DNA of 64,000 nt from Piromyces finnis finn (lineage: Eukaryota; Fungi; Neocallimastigomycota). The position numbers and the translations under genes are program-made. Positions 1 through 15,187 of the stretch are shown piece after piece. The stretch covers positions 310,001 to 374,000 of the forward strand of contig MCFH01000040.1 in the NCBI GenBank assembly GCA_002104945.1, in the 5' to 3' direction. The notes beneath the pieces were generated by a model. That model searched no databases, was not told where the DNA came from, and saw only the letters and a program-made list of their open reading frames with translations. Numbering within the stretch: position 1 is the stretch's first letter; each line of letters begins with the position of its first letter.

Positions 1-1179
1 TAAAAAAAAAAAAAGTATTCATCTACATAATGTAGTGCATTAACCAATCATATTGTAATATTATGTAATATTAATTTGAATTTTAAAATAAAGTTTAATA
101 TTAATTATAAACTCTATTTCTTTACAATACATTATTTATTATAGTAATTTTAGATTACATTATTTTTTGATCAATACTAATTCTATTGATCTAATATATT
201 GAATCTTGATATATTATCAATACACTATTAATATAATAATTTTATATTGAATATTACAATTTAAATAGAAATATGCAGATAGTAAAAAAAAAAAAAAAAA
301 GTTGATGTAACATCACCTTAATCTATAAAAATTTAAAAAAAACAATATATTTTAAATTTTAAATTTTTTATATATTGAATAAAGAGGTTTATTGGTTTAA
401 AATGGCATTTTCATCGCTTTATCTATTGTTGTTGAATGGATGGCCAGATCAGTATCACACCTTTTAAAAGAAAAGGTTCCTTTTTTTTTTTTTAATATTA
501 AAAATATCATATTTTATATTTTTTATTAGGGGTAGAAAGTGTAATAGGAATCATGACTACCCAAAAACTTTCTCTTTGAAAATGTTATAATTTCAATTAT
601 AAAAAGAAGAGTATCAATTTTCTTTTTTTAAAAAAAAAAAAAAAAGATATGAAAAATAAAAAATATGTATAGGAGGAATGACTGTATGAATTTCAATTAT
701 AATTTTTTATTATTAAAATGTAAAAAAGAAATATATATGGGTGTTTAATATAAAGGAATTTGAAATTATATATATAAATTAATATTATTAATTTTTTTTT
801 TGATTGTATGGTTATAATTATTGGGAAAATATCTATGTTTAGTTTATCAAAGAATAACAAATATTGGGTATTATTATATTTTAGAAGTTTGAATAACTAG
901 AAACAAACAAGAATAACTAGTATTAGATATTTAAACAATGCCTTTACTGCAGTCATTTTAAATAAAATAAAAGAACAAAAAAAAAGCACAATTCAAAATT
1001 TTTTTTAAAAAAAAAAACTTTCTTTTTATTAATAAATAAAATTAAGATGTTTTACTTTTTAATATAAAAAAATTTTTTTATTAATAATATTTTTTAAAAT
1101 TATTTATTATAAATATATTATTATAATATTGAAAATGAAATATTTATTTTTTTTTTTTTAGTATAATTAAATTTTAGTT

Positions 1180-4100
1180 TTATATCTTTGGTGGATCAAC
1201 TTCTTTAATTTCACTCATTGTATCGTTGAAGAGAATAAGAATGGAGAATTTTTCAATATTTAATATGTCACTATTGGAACTAATTGTGACATAGTCAAAT
1301 CTTCCTAATAAATCAGTGTAACCATCTTTCCAGAAAGTGATTTTTCCACTTTTATCTTTAGAGTATACCTTAACGTAGACGCCTGGTGCAATAATATATT
1401 CCTTTTCTTTATTATTACTAGAGGAATTTGGCTTGAAGACACGAACAATACCAAGATTTTCATTTATTTGAATGGAAAGTTTTGATGGTTGGTAGATACA
1501 TTTATTCTTAATAAAGTAATCATTTCCTCCTTGAATTTCTACTATGGCTTGCTGTTGAATATAGTTTTTATTTAAAGGAACTTGAATTGATTGTTTATCT
1601 TCAGGTAATTCAATAACATCAATGTCTTTTGGAGAACTGTAAGTAATATTTGATTTCTTTCCCTTACTTTGATTACTTTTGTTTTCTGAGATAATAAATG
1701 GTTGAGCAGAAAATTGCATTTCAATATCAATTGGGTAGTAACAAATCTTACAATGACTCAAGTTTTTGTAGTTAATATGAATTGTTTCGTTAATAATAAT
1801 CATACTAAGTGATGGTGTGTTATTAATGATATTATTAACTTTAGTAGTTTTGTTTTCTGCATCATCAATACTCATGGAACTATTATTATCCAAGTAATTG
1901 ATAGATTGAATAATTTCAGAAAACATATTATTCCAATTCTTTATTGGGTAATTATCATATTTCATAGATCTTTCACGGGCAATCTTTAATTTTTTATTAT
2001 GATGTTCATCAATATAACTTTCATTATAGAAATCTAAATAAGATGCGATATAATCCCTTTGAATTAAACCATTAATAGAATCAGACTTTGAAACATCTTT
2101 ATTAAGGAATCTCTTTTCAAATATTTTGAACAAGATGATGCCATCAGTTATACGATCCTGTAAAAGAAGTGCACAAACTAATTGAAGATAATCTCTAGAA
2201 TTAAATGATTTGGTTGGTTTATGGAATAAATAGACAAGTAAATCATCATAATAATCAGAGAAATCTTTATTGGAAATCATTTTACTTCCATTGGCTTCAT
2301 GTAATTTATGGACTTTAATAGTATAGGAATATAGGAATGATAAAAATAGTTATTAGATTATTATATACATTTTATTTTATCACTTATTAAAAATTAAAAT
2401 AGTAATATAATTTCATAGTATGATTAATCATTAAATAATAATAGCTTACCTCTTTTATTAATTAATGGATAATAATCTAACAAAGTAAAAGTCTTGGATT
2501 CAATTGAGTCAATAACAAAATTGTTACAAATAAAGTAAACGAACTCATAATTATCGATGTATTTTTTATTATTCATTAAATATTCAATAGTAATATCGAC
2601 ATTATCATGATATATACCATAGGACCATAAAGTTTGGTCATATTCATAAACTGTTCTATAGAGTTCAATTACACTATTAAAGAATGACTTATCCTTTAAT
2701 CTCCAATAAGCTTGATTTAATTGTTTGATGCTTACAGGATCATTTTTTAACCATTTTAAAACATCTTCATTTTTACTATAGTTAGCAACATCAACCCATG
2801 AATCAAATTCTTTGCCTTCAGTATTTTTAATGTTTACAGTAATTGTGGTTTCAGGGAAATAAGCATTAACATACTCTTCGTTATAAGAAATATTTACTGG
2901 TGTATGTTTATATTCACCAGCCTTTGGGAAATAGAAGTAGAATTTAATATTTTTTGAGGAATATTTATCTAATTTAATTTGTTCAATATTTGTTTTTTTA
3001 CTAGAGTTCACACAAATTGCTCCATTTGGAATTTGATATAAAATATCTAAAAATTTTGTATTCATAGAAACATCTATAATTATCAAATAAATTAATTAGT
3101 ATTAGTGTAAACAATATTAATAATAATGATGCATAATTTAATATTATAGTGTTTATTAATTTAAAACAAGGAAAGGAAAGAAAAAAAAAAAAGTTAAAAT
3201 ACAACTTACTTGTAACAATAATTTCACAACCATAAATCTTTCCAGGTTCAAATTCATTTGGATTAACTTTTGAATTATCTTCATCATCATCGTTTTTATT
3301 TAAATTTTCTTTCTTAACATCAAAATAGCTTCTTAAGCAGAATATGCTATCATTTTTATTCAATTCTGTTTCCTATAATATATTAATTATTAATATTGAA
3401 AATAAAATGATGGGTGATAAAAGTAAAAATATTATATATAAAAATTATTATTCTATTCAATTTATTTTCAAAAAAAAAAAAAAAAATGTTTTTTTTCTTA
3501 ATCTATTTATCTATTTTATTTTTACCACTAATTGTTTAAATAAAACGATAACATTTGATTTTGTATTAATTTTATAGATTTGAGAGTTAATTGTAATATC
3601 ATGGTTGGTATTATTTGTTAATGGTAAATCCAATAAGGCACAAGCAAAGATTAATTCGGTAAAGGACTTATTAAGAACACTTAAAAAGTTTTTTGATAAA
3701 ATTTTTTCTTGAGAATTTAAATGTTCAAAAACATCTTTCCAGAATGGATTCATTTCAATGTTAACTGTTTCATTAATGGAGGATTTCCAATAACCAGTTT
3801 CACTCCAAACAGTAGTCTTTTCAATTTCTTCATAAAACATAGGTCCTTCCTTTTTCACCTTATCCCTAATATCCTTTAATTTTTCCATATTTTTAGCACG
3901 CATACTAGCATTAAATGTTGGTGCCGCTGCAAAAAGGTTATTACCAGTTACTGCCATAGGTTCCATTAATGGTGCTGCTCCAGAAAATGAAAAACTAGTA
4001 GGTACTGATGCACTTGCCAATGGTGCCATCCTAGATGATGATGCTCCGTTGAAATACCTTCTATCCTTATCTCTATTGGCAAATGAAGTTGATTCTTCTC

Positions 4101-7100
4101 TTTCATTTAAACTAGATGGCATAATATCTGTAGGAACTTCTTCTATATCAAGATCTTCATCAGAGTTATCCTCATCCTCATCCTCATTTAATTCTTCCCC
4201 ATTTTCAATAATGGTGTCGAATATTTTTTTCATTTTACCAATGTTTGATTTATTCTTTTTTTCCATTCTTTCGATTTTGTTTTTTAAATAGTTAGTTAAC
4301 TTTTCGGCAATAGAATGATTATCTTTAAATGCTTGTTTCAAAAGAATAAGTTCGAAATCATTTAATGCATAAAATTTCTTAGAATCATTGATATATTCCA
4401 TCAAATCTTCGTGAAGAAGCCATTTATCAATAAAGCATTTAATTAATTTACTTTTAAGGAATGGCATAATGACTTGATTGAAAAATTCCTTGTCTTTGAA
4501 ATAAATAAATACATTTATTTCATTACAAATATGACTGGAATATTTTTGGCTTTTTTCTTTGAAAGTGAAAGAATCCCATTTTGTAAGAATTGATGAAAAT
4601 TCTTTTATGGTATTAGTAATACTAGGATTGATAATAGATGCTAATGATAAAACCTTGGCTATAGATTCCACAGTAGTAATCTTTGTTCCTGATGAAGCCA
4701 AAATTTCAAAAGATTCACCAGACGCTATTGTAGCAGTTTCTCTTTTTTCGGTATAGTATTTATCACTATGAAGTTTAGAAATCATTGAAGTATCAGACAC
4801 ATTTTGAGTAAAAATGTTTGAGGATCTAGGTGGTTCAATAATTTTTGATATAGATCCATGAGAATTAATGGCAATGATTTCAATATAAGAATAATCTTCA
4901 TTAATACTATCTAATGGAATACTAATAATACCATTTTCATTTGGAATTAAATTACATAAACATTTTCCCGGATGACTTAAGAAATCTTTTATATATTAAA
5001 ATTGGAAATAAAAAAATTTATATAAAGTTAATAATATAGTTAAATGATTAGAGTATTTTATTAAAAAAAAAAAAAGAGTGAAAAAATAAATTTAAAAATT
5101 ATAATTTAATTGTATGAGTTACTTGTATATATGATTATAATTTAATTTATATATATATATATATATATATATTTTATAAAAAAAAATGTATATATTACTA
5201 TAATTAAAGGAACAATGTGATGGTATTGTTGAATAATTTCCAAATCCACAAGTATTGTCATCATTGCATTCTACACACATATAATCTCTACATTTGTCAG
5301 TATTCATTTGTGCTCTTTTCATCAAATGAAAATCATTTATACTATGATTAATAGCGCCACCATTATATTCATCTTTCTTTTCTTCAGTAGCTTTTTTATT
5401 TTCAAATGGAACTAAAATCGTTGTTGGTTTTCTTAACATATTTCCAATTAAATTTTTATTCATTTTTCTTGATTGAATATACATTTTTTCTTTTGACATT
5501 TTAATATCATTATTATATAAATATTCTATATCAGAACATGGTTTATTAGAGATTGGATAGTTAGAGCTTAATGATAAGTTTTCGTAGTACGAGGATTTTG
5601 GATAGAAATTTGAAAGAACAACATGAACTCTTGATGTACTTGGATCATTAGAAAATAATTGAATATTTAAATTATTTCTTTCTAAAGTTGTATTTATTTG
5701 TAATGGTATAGATTCTTCTTTGTTGTTGTACTTATTATAGTAATTGTTATCAGGTCCAATAACTAATTTAGTAACATGTTGAATTTTTTCCTTTACACCA
5801 ACAATAATTTCAATAGCATTGTTTTGATATGGGAAATCAAGTTGCATTAAATAACATCCAAATTTTAAATCTTTAATGGAAATGATATTATTAGCGGTAT
5901 TGAAATTAAGTTTACTGGATAAATCTTCAATAACAGAATATTTATTACTATCATGCATAATAAAAACGAAAGAATAAGAGAAAAATTATTATTATTATTA
6001 AAAAATTAAAAAAAAATTCTAAAAAAAAAAAAAATATAATGAAAACAATAAAACTTATAATATTCATTAATTTTATTATAAAAGAATAGAATACTTACTA
6101 TGAAGAAACTCTGTATAAAGCATATAAATTTGGATAATTTTGAAGTTCATTTAATTCATATGGATAAGCAAGGTTTATGGTTTCACCTTCTACGATAACA
6201 ATACGATCTGGTAAATGGAATTGTTTTGGAGATAAATCCCAATTCTTTTTATATTTATTATTAGAATTGACACAGCAAGCTAAAGTTTTGATATATGGAA
6301 GTTTACTAAATATGAAAATATTTAAAAATAATCAATAAATGGAATTATGTTAAATTATTATTATTATTGTTATTATTGTTATTATTATTATTTCTATATA
6401 CAAAAAAAAAAAAAAAGAAAAATATATAGAAAGTTAGCATTTACTTACCCGAGTTCTATAATACCATTTTGATCTGTTTGAAGAGTACTTGTAATTAATT
6501 CTTTAACAAAAATATGTTCCAATTTTAATTCAGCAACATAATTAGGTATACGTTCACCATTTTTACCAAGAGCTATTAAGTAATATCCAGAACTATTTTT
6601 TTTTAATTGAATATCTGTTATTTCATTCATGATATCAATTCTTTTTTTGTAAAAGAAAAAAAAATAAAATAATAACAAAAATTAATTAATAATAATAAAT
6701 AATAATATAAAAGTTTATTTCTTTTTTATTTAAAAATATTGCTATTATAGTTGTTACCCATTAAATTTAAAAGATTTATTTTCCTTAATATCATATTTCT
6801 TATCACCAGACTGAGATGAAATGGAAATAGAACCATGGAAAGAAACAGATATTTTGCTGACTTTTTTTTTTAAAAAAAAAAGATTATATAAATTATTAAT
6901 ATTTATGATCTAATAATTATGTAATATAAAAAAATAATTTTTTTTTTTTACCATTTTCTGGAACGGTAAATTCAACAGTAGCATCATTATTACTATTAAA
7001 TTTAATGTTAGTAAATGATTTATCAATACTAATATTATCCATACTAGTGATACTAATATTTAATTCGGCATTTTCAATTAATTCACATGGAATTGGAACA

Positions 7101-9930
7101 TCATATAATAACTTTGGTACTACTCTCACTACTAAATTTGCCTTATTTCCCATAGTAATAGCTTCAGAATTTAAAATGAAATCAACATCACAAGAATATT
7201 GTTCTGGTTGATGACTGAAATAATGTCTTCTACCAAATTTTCCATCAGAAAGAATAATATTTTCACCATTAAATTTGTTACCATATGGTATAATGAATTC
7301 ACCATCTTTATTAGCTTTAATAATGTTATTGCCAAACCATACTGAATAATTATCACCAGTAACAAATTCATTATTTTCATCAATGATATGAATTACATGG
7401 CCATATATTTCTTTATTTTCAATAAAATTCAAATCACCCTAATAAAGGTAAATAATAGATAATTAATATAATTTTGATTAAAGGAATTAATAATAATAAA
7501 TTAATTATTTTAATCCTCCCTTTTTTATATATATATCTATATCTATAAAAAAAATTATTATTACTAACATTTCTAACAATAGCTCTACATGCCAAATTTT
7601 TTCCCATGAATTCAATAATATAAACACAACGTTTATCATAATTAAACTTGAATTCCTCAACCCATCTATTATTTAAATAATATCATCAAAATTAATGATA
7701 GTTTATATAAATATTTAATATACTTTTAAATATATATAATTATTATGAACTATAACAATAACGTAACTTTTTTTTTTTACCTTTCTAATGGATTTTTATC
7801 ATAAACATAACTTTGTTCTTTGATTGGTAATAAACCTGAAACATCAAAATTTAAATAAAAGTTATCTTCATCTTCGATATTTTCTTTACAAACAGCTAAA
7901 GTATTAATTTCATATTCTTTTATATATAAATTGTTTATGTTTTTCAATGATAATCTGAATGTGGTAGTTTCATTATTTTTATTTTGTTTAATTGGATTTG
8001 TATACTTTTCAAAATTTAATTCAACTTTATTAATAAAATCATTATCAATACAATCAAAAGATTTTTTCAAAGCTTGTAACTCATTTGGATATTTTGTCAA
8101 TCTAGCTTCAACAAAGACTATTCCCCATCATTATTAAAACAAAATATTTTTTTTAAATTAATTTATATAAAAATAATATAAAAAAAAAAATTAATTTAAA
8201 TAATTTTATTTACTCTTTTTAAGATGTCTTTCATTTAAAAGATATTTAGTATATTTTTTCCATTCATTAACATCAAGTTTATCATTCTTTTGGAAGAAGT
8301 ATGTTAAATAAATCTTTATTAAAGAATTATCATCTTCAATTTCTTTTGTATAAGCTTCATCCTTTTATTTTTAATATAATATAATTGTAAAAGAGTTAAA
8401 AATGGTTTAAATTACCATATTATTAAATATAAATTAAATTCTCTTTATTTACCAAATAAAGATCTTCTTTATCTTTCGAATCCCTGCCAACAGATCTATT
8501 ATCAGTTCTTAGATTAGCTAATGCTTTATTTCTTAATAATGAACAATATGGTATTTCTAAATATCTATTTAAGTATTATTGTATATATTTAATATAATAA
8601 AAAAAAAAAAAAAAGTTAATGTAATTTTTCTATAAAAATTTTTAACTTAATTTACATTAAGTTTTTATAAATATGTTAATATAATAATAATTACTTTATG
8701 AAATCTCCTTCATTTAAAGGTAACTGCTCTTTAATAGAATTTTTCAATTTTAAGTGTAACATAAAGTATTGTAATTCATATTGATAATTTGTATTTTTAA
8801 GTGTTTTAACAAAATCTTCTAATTGTTTAAATTCAATAGAATCAATTTTTAATTTTTTTGGATCATTTGGAAGAATTTTTTTTAAATAAATATAAATGTA
8901 TGATTTATTATTAACAATGCTATCATCTAATTTTGCTAATTTCTGTATTTGGCTTAATGAAAGTTTTTCAAGCTTATCTTGAACATCAATTGAACTTTTG
9001 TCTTTTTCTTTAATAATAAACTTTAATAAACTATCAGAATCATCTACAGAGTTCTTAAGTACATTTGCAAAACGACATTCTAAATAATTAGTTTCAAAAC
9101 TCTTATTTTTAGCTAACCAAGCATAAGCTTCATAATTGAATAAATTATTTATGGTTTGTGACGGATTGTCACACTTTTTATAACGTAAATAAGTCGATTC
9201 TAATACTTCTTTTAAATCTGTCAATTTAGGATCCAATTTGGAAGGATACTTTTTTTCTGTTAATACTTTTGTTTCATTCATTTTTGAGTGGTTAAACGAT
9301 AATCCCAATTGAATAATTTTTGACTTTTTAAAATCTTTCCATACATTACTGTCTGAAGAATTTTTTTTTAATGATAAATAGAGTAAATCCAATTCCTATA
9401 GATATCCATTAATTAATATAAATATATAATGAAATAATAGGTATAACAACGACAATAATAGTAATAATATATAAATAACAAGTAGAAGAATAAAAATAAT
9501 ATACAATAATATTTAATATTTATATCAAGAATATTATTTTTATTATAAATAAAGAAATAACAAAAATGAAATATATAATATATATTAAACAACTAAAGTC
9601 ATTCAAAATAGTTTAAAAAATCATAATAATATATACTTCGTGTAAAGTTCTAATACTTTTTGAAGAATTGTTGGAATATTTATATGAGCTAAGAATTTCT
9701 TTCCCTTCTTCATATAATTTATCAATTTCTTTATCAGAAAAATTATTATTTTTATCTTGAAGTTTATTCAATAATTCCTGAAATTTTGAATAGTCAAAAG
9801 TAAATGAGCCTTCCACTGGAACATTAATATCTGTAATTTGCTCATTTTCATTTTCACAAATATTTTTTATTACATGTCCCTCAACTGCAGATATATCTAA
9901 TGAATCTGAACAAATAAAAGTATGTCCCAT
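1180..9930 (-). CDS. Large conserved uncharacterised protein (~2,280 aa, 15 exons), possibly macroglobulin-like beta-sandwich/alpha-helical architecture
   Basis: ORF-track pieces at 9613-9930, 8691-9392, 7777-8100, 6917-7432, 6445-6678, 5119-5958, 3511-4800, 3001-3363, 2424-3086 and 1180-2280, plus small exons (e.g. 8453-8564), join in frame through GT-AG introns that I traced by hand. Examples: exon 1 ends 9637 before GTATAT; exon 2 is 9395-8695; exon 3 is 8564-8453. Motifs YGCEIIVTN...LDILYQIPNGAI...FYFYFPKAGEYKH and C-terminal YVKVYSK...FWKDGYTDLLGRFDY match, from memory, a family of ~2,000-aa hypothetical proteins. Function not established. Confidence 0.85.
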
Positions 9931-10394
9931 TTTTTTTTTATTTCAATATAAATTTTTTACAGTAAATAAACTTATTTATTTATTAGTTTTCTTTTTTTTA
10001 TATATACTCAATTATTCTTTATTAAACGTTATATATATATTTATATTTATATATATATATATAACAAAAAAGTATAAAAAGGATAAAAAAAAAAAAAAGA
10101 AAAAGAAAAAGAAAAAAAGAAAACTTGATTAATAATTATTAAAAATTTAAAGTTTTTTTTTTTTAGACTATTCTATATATGAAAATTTTAAAATAGAAAT
10201 AAGCACAACTTTAAAATTTTTCAATTTTAAAATAGAAATGGACGCCACCTAAATTAGAATAGAATAATGATGTGTACTTTAATATATGAAAATTCATTTA
10301 AAATATATAATATACTTTTATAACTAAATAGAATGCATATCTTTTTAGTAATTTTAAATATATATTTAAAATACAACAACATAATTAATTAATC

Positions 10395-10404
10395 ATTTAT
10401 CTAT

Positions 10405-10455
<51 letters not shown>

Positions 10456-10460
10456 TCTAT

Positions 10461-10503
<43 letters not shown>

Positions 10504-10504
10504 T
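10395..10504. repeat. (ATTT)n microsatellite
   Basis: About 25 near-perfect ATTT units with occasional ATCT variants. Confidence 0.95.
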
Positions 10505-10984
10505 TTTATTATTAATTAATTATTAAATCAATTAGTAATGATGCATTTTTTATTACTAATTATAAAGTAATACGTTATTTCATTATAAAAATATTTTATA
10601 TTCTATATTCAATAAAATTGGAAATAAAGTTATTATGTAAAAATATTACAGAATAAATTAACAATAATAAAATTAAAACAAAAATGGTTAAAATAGTTTA
10701 GGTTGAGATGCTTATACCTACATTTATTAATCTATACAATATACAATGCTTTTAAAAAAACATTAAATATTCATAAATGAATAAATTATGTATATATTGT
10801 AGAGAAGTAATAATGATTTTTAGGTAATGAATATATTCCTTTTTTTTTTAGCATTCACTACAATACAAATACTATACATTCTTAAAAATAGTCATTACCT
10901 ATCACATTAAAAAGTTGTCTTATTAATTAATATAAATAAAAGAAAGAAAACATCTGAAGTTACTCTTAAGACACAATAAGAAAA

Positions 10985-11101
10985 GTTTTGTTTTTTTTGT
11001 TTTTTTTGTTTTTTTGTTTTTTTTGTTTTTTTTCTTTTTTTCTTTTTTTCTTTTTTTTTTTTTTTTTTTTTTTTTATTTTTTTTTAATTTTTTTTTTTTG
11101 T
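10985..11101. repeat. T-rich tract with (T6-7G)n and (T6-7C)n units
   Basis: Directly visible low-complexity run. Confidence 0.85.
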
Positions 11102-11573
11102 TTCTATCTACATAAATATTATTTTGTTTTATATAAACATTTTATATAAAAATATTATTTAGATACATTGTTACTTTTTAAAGTTAACATTGATCTTGTA
11201 TTTCTATACTGTTTTTTTCTTAATTTATACATAATAAATCTTTATATTAAACCAGTTAATACAAAGATACCTTTTATCTATTTTTAAATTAGTTTTTTAG
11301 TTTGTTTTTTTAATTTCTTAAATACTTTTAATATTTACAATATTATTTTTATATTTAATTTTTCTTTTTAAATAACTTAAATAAATTAAAAGTTGTTCTG
11401 ATTAAAATTGTTTTGTTTTTTAAAAAAAAGTGTAAATAAATTAAAATAAATTAAATTATGAATTGGTTTGTAAAAATTATAAACTCATTCATTTTTCTAT
11501 TTTATAAAACTTTAAATATTGATTTTATACAATTTAGTGAGAAAATTATAAAAAAAATTATTATTCTTTAAAT

Positions 11574-12650
11574 TTAATTCTTTTTGGTAACAATTTTAAT
11601 GACTGTTTTGACAACAGTAACACCCTTCTTAGTTGTGGCTATTTTTTTGTTTGTTGTAGTTGTTCTTTTTTTAGTAGTAGTTGTTCTTTTAGTGGTAGTA
11701 GTTTTCCTAGTGGTGGTAACCTTCTTGGTAGTGGTCTTCTTTGTGGTGGTTTTCTTTGTAGTAGTGGTTTTCTTAGCTGTAGTTGTGGTTTTCTTTGTAG
11801 TGGTAACTTTCCTTGAAGTTGGGAAACCATCATCAAAACTTGAACCACAGTAAGTTTTTCCATTAAAGATAATACCTTCTTGAACTAACTTATGCTTTTC
11901 CTTGACAATCATACTCATACCAAGGCCATTCAAGTTTTTACATAAGGCATCTCTATATTTTGAGACACCATTGTAGGTAACACCAAAGACTGGTTTTCCC
12001 TTATTAATGAAATTCTTGTAACGATAACATTCATTATATTTTACACATTCTTCATTAATAGCAAAATCAAAGTAATCACCAACGTCTTCTATAATTCCTA
12101 AAGTATTTTTTAAACCAATTGAAAGTCCTAAACTATGAGCAGTAGTTGCTAACCATTTAGCATATTTAATAGCATCATTTTTAGTAAGAGGATTTTTCCA
12201 TGCTTGGACTTCATCCATTTGATAACCATCTAAATTATCAACTTCAACACCATCACAATTTTTGCTAGCAGCTCTCTTCATACGAGCTTGTATTAATGGC
12301 TTAACACCACTAACACGGTAATCAAGCCAACGTTCTTCTGGCCAATCTTCAAAAGTATTCTTAACTAATCCTGGAACCTTCATAAATTGATCAAAATCGT
12401 CACGAAAATCTTCAATTGTACCACCAGAGAAATAACAAATGACTTTCTTTCCAGCGTTATGAAGACTTTCAATTTTTTGAACACTTTTATTTATATCCAT
12501 ATCAACAACATCGGCTTTTTCAATCGAAACATCGACATCATTACCTAAAACATAGTTCCATGTAAGACCAACACGTGGAGTCCATCTAGCTTCAACATTA
12601 TTAGTTAAAACTATAGAAGTTAACATTATAACTGGTAATAATAATTTCAT
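11574..12650 (-). CDS. ega3: Secreted GH114 endo-alpha-1,4-polygalactosaminidase (Ega3-like) with C-terminal Lys/Thr-rich tail; intronless
   Basis: Signal peptide MKLLLPVIMLTSIVLT. GH114 motifs: WNYVL, ICYFSGGTIEDFRDD, WPEERWLDYR, CDGVEVDNLDGY (catalytic Asp region), SIGLKN, FDFAINEEC (catalytic Glu region), GKPVF. Confidence 0.88.
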   Translation of the reverse strand: MKLLLPVIMLTSIVLTNNVEARWTPRVGLTWNYVLGNDVDVSIEKADVVDMDINKSVQKIESLHNAGKKVICYFSGGTIEDFRDDFDQFMKVPGLVKNTFEDWPEERWLDYRVSGVKPLIQARMKRAASKNCDGVEVDNLDGYQMDEVQAWKNPLTKNDAIKYAKWLATTAHSLGLSIGLKNTLGIIEDVGDYFDFAINEECVKYNECYRYKNFINKGKPVFGVTYNGVSKYRDALCKNLNGLGMSMIVKEKHKLVQEGIIFNGKTYCGSSFDDGFPTSRKVTTTKKTTTTAKKTTTTKKTTTKKTTTKKVTTTRKTTTTKRTTTTKKRTTTTNKKIATTKKGVTVVKTVIKIVTKKN

Positions 12651-15187
12651 TTTTTATTTTAATTTTCTTCTTAAAAAATTTTTAATAAAATTTATAATAG
12701 TTTTTTATTTGTTTATTTATTTTTTTTATTAATTGTTTATTGATACTTTTTAAATTAGTTCTATAAAAAAAAAACTTTTATTAATTTTTTTTGTATAGAA
12801 GATTAAATTATTATTATTTTTATATTACAATTAGGTTTTATCTTTAATCCTTAACTTTTATATTTACAAAAGATTATTAAAGATTAAAGATTTTAAAATT
12901 TATTTATATAAATTTATTTTTATATTTATTTATTGAAGAAAGAAAAATGGGAATGAAGCTAATTTTCATTCCTTTTATACTTTTTTTATAAAGAGAAAAA
13001 AAAAATGAAAAATGATTTAATGTCATTAAATTTTTAATTAATTTTTAATTATTTATTTTATTATTCAATAAAAAAAGTTTCTCATAGAAAAAAGTTTAAT
13101 TAATATAATTTTTATAAATCATTCAAAAACTTATATATAAAAGGAAAATGTGCCGTTAAAATAATTAAATGCGGTAGGTTTATAATAATAAAATATTGTG
13201 AAGCTTTATAATTAAAAGTTGAAAAATAATAAAAAAATAAATAAAATAGAAAAAAAAAAATAGAATAGAATATTAATAATAAATAAATGTTTATTTTTTT
13301 AAAAAAAAATAATAATAATAATTCTATACTATTTATCATTATCTTTATATACATGAAAATATCACATTTTAATATTAATTTTTATATGCTTTTAAATTAA
13401 AAAAAAAAAAAATAAACTAAATACATTAATCTTTTTTTTTTCTTATTTTTGACTTTGTAAAATAAGAATTAACGGTGAATTTCATTACATTTATAATATA
13501 TGACATTTATTTATTAATATATTATATATATATTAGAAACAGTTTTCAGTTTTTTTTATAATAAATTCAATGAATATTTAAAAAAATACAGATTGATTTG
13601 TTATTATTCGATTTTTCTCCAACTAATTAATAAAAAAAAAAAAAAAAGCGGCATATTTCTATTTTTTATTAATATAAAAGTGTTACAAAAATATTTTTTC
13701 CCTTCAATAATGAAATTAAAAATTATATATATCTATTTTTTCAAAAATTAATTAATATAAAATTTAAGTATTATTGAAAATTATTTTTATAATTAATTTA
13801 ATTACTAATATTACAATATATGAATATTATTGGTTAAAAGAAAATTTAGTGTTACAATGATGTATAATGCATTAATATTTAATTAATAGGAAAATAAATT
13901 ACATAGAAAATCATTAATGTAATAATCTGCTTTCATTATTGGTTAATTTTTCTGTAATTATTATATGTAATAGAAAAATAGTAAAAACATTTATTAAAAA
14001 TTATCTAATATAAATATACAATGTAATATAAATACAATATAAGATAATGTAATAATACTATTTAATAATCTCATTAAATGCCACTTCTTTATCATAAAGA
14101 AAGAAAGCAAAGAAAGTGGAAGAAAAGAGAACTATTATTTTATTATTTAGAAAATATAATTAGAATAAAAAGTTTTAATAAAATTTAAAAGATAATAGTA
14201 TCAAGATTACCAAGAATTTCATTTATAATCGCTTATTATTTTATCAAGAATGTTTATAAAATCATTTAATAGGTTTAAATTTATTATACATATATGTATG
14301 TTTTACTATAAAAAAAAAAAAGTTTAGAGGTTTATTTTCTCCTCCTTCCTCTCCCAGATACATCATTATTAAAGTTTTTAATAATTTTTTGTTAAAACAT
14401 TCATAATTTAATTTTTAATAATTATTGAAATTTTAAAACTTTTAATATCACCACCACCACCAATAGTTTAAATTATTATTTGACATTTTAATAAAAAAAA
14501 TTATAGGATTAGAAAAAGAAATATAAAGTTTATAATTATTGTATTATATTAACATTAATTAAAACCTTTCATTATTATTATTATTATTATCACTTATTAA
14601 TATAAATGAAAGGATTATTACATTACATCATTACAGTCTTTTTTATTATTAAATATTACTAAAAAAAAAAATCAGCCTATTTTTTTAATCTATATTTAAA
14701 AATTAAAAATTGAATATTATAAAATATATATATATAATGAATATGACTATTTTATTATTAATTATTAATAATGAAAATAAAAAAAAAAAGCATGTATTTG
14801 AAATAAAATCTCTTTAACTTGTTTCTAAAAATATCAAAAAAATGGTTTTTTATTAAATGTATTATATAGTTATTATAGAATTTATCCTAGATTTTTTTAT
14901 TACTAAAAAAATTTTAAATACTTTGTAGTATCTTTGGTGCTGATTAGTGTTTAATGCTTGGTAATAAAAATTTGTTAGGAGAAATTATTATTATTAACCA
15001 GAAATTTAAATAGTTTTTATTAAAAAAAATAAAAGCAATAATCTTTTATTTTCATTAATTCCACCATTGTATCTTTATATTCTATTATTGTATTGTGATA
15101 GAAAACCCAATACACTACATTTTATGTTTTATTTTTAACTATTAATTACCTTATTTTATTTTTACAAAAAAAAAAATGTGAAAATTA

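Noticed and set aside
380-960. Exon-like patches on the + strand (e.g. GLNGIFIALSIVVEWMARSVSHLLKEK; IFKQCLYCSHFK)
   Set aside because: Could not be joined into an open spliced frame and no family was recognisable; possibly a decayed gene or the end of a gene outside the window.
11584-11863. Antisense or alternate-frame ORFs over K/T-rich tails and acidic repeats (also 29374-29665, 41241-41737, 51622-51956)
   Set aside because: Shadow ORFs produced by stop-poor repeats on the opposite strand or in other frames of real genes.
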